A stretch of 64,000 bases of DNA from Hemiscyllium ocellatum (lineage: Eukaryota), in contig NC_083410.1 in assembly GCF_020745735.1 (NCBI RefSeq), positions 4,996,117 to 5,060,116 of the forward strand, read 5' to 3'. Numbering within the stretch: position 1 is the first letter of the stretch; every line of letters begins with the position of its first letter. A model generated the notes under the pieces. The model ran no database searches. It saw only the letters and a list, made by a program, of their open reading frames with translations, and was not told the origin of the DNA. The translations under genes were made by a program, and so were the position numbers. Of this stretch, positions 61,608 to 64,000 are shown piece by piece.

Positions 61608-62160
61608 GGGCTCAGGGCTGTTAGCTCTAGCAGATGGCAGCTAGTTCTGGGGTTATTTTCAAACTGCCTCCTCCTTTTATACCTGTGATGACACAGCCTG
61701 TTACCTTGGTAAAAGCTGCTGCTTGGTCTGCTCAAAATACAGTCTTTTGATAGAAATGTTTCAATTCGGGTGCTCTGTGTGCACTTGCAAACTTCCAAGC
61801 AGATGTTCACAGACATCCATTTTAAAGCTCTTAACACAGAAAAAGCACATGATTTTTTAAAAGGACCATGCAACATTCCTCCTACTTCCCCCCCCCCCCC
61901 CCGACACCACCAGGATTTTACAAACACCAAATTCTAATCACTTGCCCCCCCCCAACCCAAAAGTACTTTACCCAACTTTGCAACATTTGAAAGCCATCCT
62001 CCTACAGTGGTGATATCAGCAAACTTCTAGGTGACTTTGATTCGGAATTTGGCTACACAGTTGTGGGTGTACAGGGAGTACAGGAGGGGACTGAGAATGC
62101 ATCCACATGGGGCACCATTGTTGAGGGTTACTGTGCAGGAGGTACTGTTGTCTGTCTTTA
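60560..62160 (-). mobile_element. Rex1/Babar-type LINE remnant interrupted by an unrelated ~870-bp insert (61080-61950)
   Basis: GAPCGCILSPLLYSLYTHNCVAKF at ~62040-62125 and WCNDNKVSLNVRKTKELIIDFR at ~60945-61020. A related 3' fragment lies at ~56200-56420. Confidence 0.7.
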
Positions 62161-62580
62161 ATGAAGATGATTGGCATTACATATAAAGAGTTGAAGATAC
62201 CAAGGCTCTGAAATTAAAATAGGTGTACCATGCATGTGCGTCAATGTTTGTAGCAAAATGGAAGGAATATAGTTTTTGAGTATTAAACTCTCTCATTAGG
62301 GCTGCAAGTTGAAAATCTAGACATGGCATTTTAAAACTAGACAGCTAAAATTGCAATTTTTCAAAAAAATGTCAAGAAAGCGAGGTGAAGACGGGGAAAT
62401 GTATGGATCTATCAAATCAGAACAAAATAACAGATCAACATGAATGACCTTAAGTGAACCAAACCTGTTGTCATTGTCCAATCTATGTACTTCAACCTAT
62501 ATGTGAAAATGGGAATTGGGTTAGGAGCAGGCCATTCCGTCCCTTGAGCCTGCTAAGTGTTGACTCTTGTCTCCCTGTAG

Positions 62581-62765
62581 TGTGTGCCAGAAAAACATTC
62601 AATTGTAATAAAATCCAGCACTATAAGAGTAAGGCCACTGACTACCTTCCTGGATATAAAAGCAGAAAGTCTTGGAGAAATTCTGCTTGGCTGGCAACGT
62701 ATGTAGAGAGAAACAGAGTTGACATTTTGTTCAAATATGACTCCTGTTCAGAACTACCTTCTCAG
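62581..62765 (+). other. Candidate exon of a plus-strand transcript from the CpG island
   Basis: gactcttgtctccctgtag|TGT…TCTCAG|GTAACA. One frame is fully open (CARKTFNC…ELPSQ). Product unknown. Confidence 0.3.
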
Positions 62766-62940
62766 GTAACAATTAGGTTCAGTAATTGTGACCATGAAAC
62801 TTCCAGATTGTCATTTAAAACTACACGTTTTGGTACACAAATGTCCTTTCAGGAAGGAAATCATGTCTTATTGGCACTGACCTAGATACAATTTCAGACC
62901 CACAGCAATATTTGAATTGTCTCCTTTCACCAGGGTTCTT

Positions 62941-63012
62941 CCTGGCCTGGCCTCCTGTCTTCCTGGCCTCCTGTCTTCCTGGCCTCCTGTCTTCCTGGCC
63001 TGACCTCCTGTC
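62941..63012 (+). repeat. 16-bp minisatellite (cctggcctcctgtctt) x ~4
   Basis: Direct reading. Confidence 0.85.
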
Positions 63013-63495
63013 TTTCCAAACTTGCTAGCAGAAATGTTCATCTTTAATTTTCAGTTCTGGTAAAGAGCTGCACACCCTGAATGTTAGTAATAGGCCACAT
63101 CTCTTCGTAGACACTGAGTCACCTGCTATATATTGCCAATTTTTCTTTAATTATATACACCTACAGAAAGGTATAAAGGTTTATTTGTTCAGTCTAAAAG
63201 TGACTCTGAAAGGTGGGGGTTCAGATAATAGTTTCTCGTTGCAAGGGATAAAGAGTTTCTCCTTATTTTTTCAGGTTTAATGGATATTATTGCTCCTGCA
63301 GATGTATGTGCATGTACATACATGTACATGTCTGGGTGTGAGTTTGGCTTCTTGCTTTTGAATAAACGTAATGGCAGATGGCAGGATTGAGTTGGGAAAA
63401 TACAAGGCAAGATGAAACAGAGAAGAGTCTAAAGTAATGTATTTTGTTGCAAGAATGGAGGAGAAATGGTGCAAGATCGAAATGAAAACAAAGTA

Positions 63496-63620
63496 CAGTG
63501 GTGCCTTGGAATCCGAATTTAATTCATTCTAGGAGGCTGATCAGATTGCAACAAGTTCAGATTCCGAAACTATTTTCCCCATAGGAAATAATGGAAAGTG
63601 AACTAATCTGTTTCTGGACC
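63496..63620 (+). mobile_element. Possible Tigger/pogo-like DNA transposon end
   Basis: ta|cagtggtgccttgg…ttttccccataggaaataatgg resembles Tigger termini. The other end is not identified in the window. Confidence 0.4.
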
Positions 63621-64000
63621 CCAAAAAAACATTTTCAAGACACTTTTAACTGCAAATATACATGGTTAAGGTAACATAAGATGAGTAAATGACCTAAGTA
63701 TCAAGTAATAATAATAAAAGCAAGAAATAAATGTACTAACATGAAAATAACTTCATTTACCTTAGTGAGGAGTGCTAATGGTGAATGCACTTATTTGCTT
63801 CACTGCTCTTCTTGGGTGCCATGGTGAATGCACAAGGGTGATAATTAAAAAAAACACAGCACAAATCAAGGTGAAAACACAAGGTAAACTAGTGATGGAC
63901 ACTAGTGAGAGATGCTTTCACGATGAACAGAACAAACAATATGCAACCTGAACGGTATGTGGTGTTTGGATTCTGAAACTGTATTTGGATTTTAGGGCAA

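Overview
Repeat-dense cartilaginous-fish (shark-like) genomic DNA. The species group is inferred from the HE1/V-SINE-type SINEs and their CR1 partner LINEs. Most ORFs in the supplied track are transposon debris or antisense shadows. The one host gene I can build fully is a minus-strand B7/butyrophilin-family receptor resembling VTCN1/B7-H4. Its exons are leader 23217-23287, IgV 21622-21969, IgC 19951-20235 and TM 19190-19297, giving 262 aa. Its IgV domain lacks the canonical F-strand Cys, and it stops right after the TM. A CpG-island promoter at ~50.1-50.6 kb carries a second, phase-compatible signal-peptide exon. Mobile elements include a young CR1 LINE with intact ORF2 (5065-~8815) and a complete but decayed Gmr1-type Gypsy LTR element (26570-33468; IN before RT, 4-bp TSD, internal inversion, nested Penelope). 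There are also Tx1, Crack/L2, Rex1/Babar and Tigger-like remnants. A striking set of Penelope-like (PLE) fold-back insertions has 15-bp TSDs and minimal hammerhead-ribozyme motifs. The youngest is a 688-bp near-perfect inverted repeat at 47751-49344. Several orphan splice-bounded plus-strand segments may be exons of neighbouring genes, but I cannot identify them. A 500-N assembly gap lies inside one LTR.
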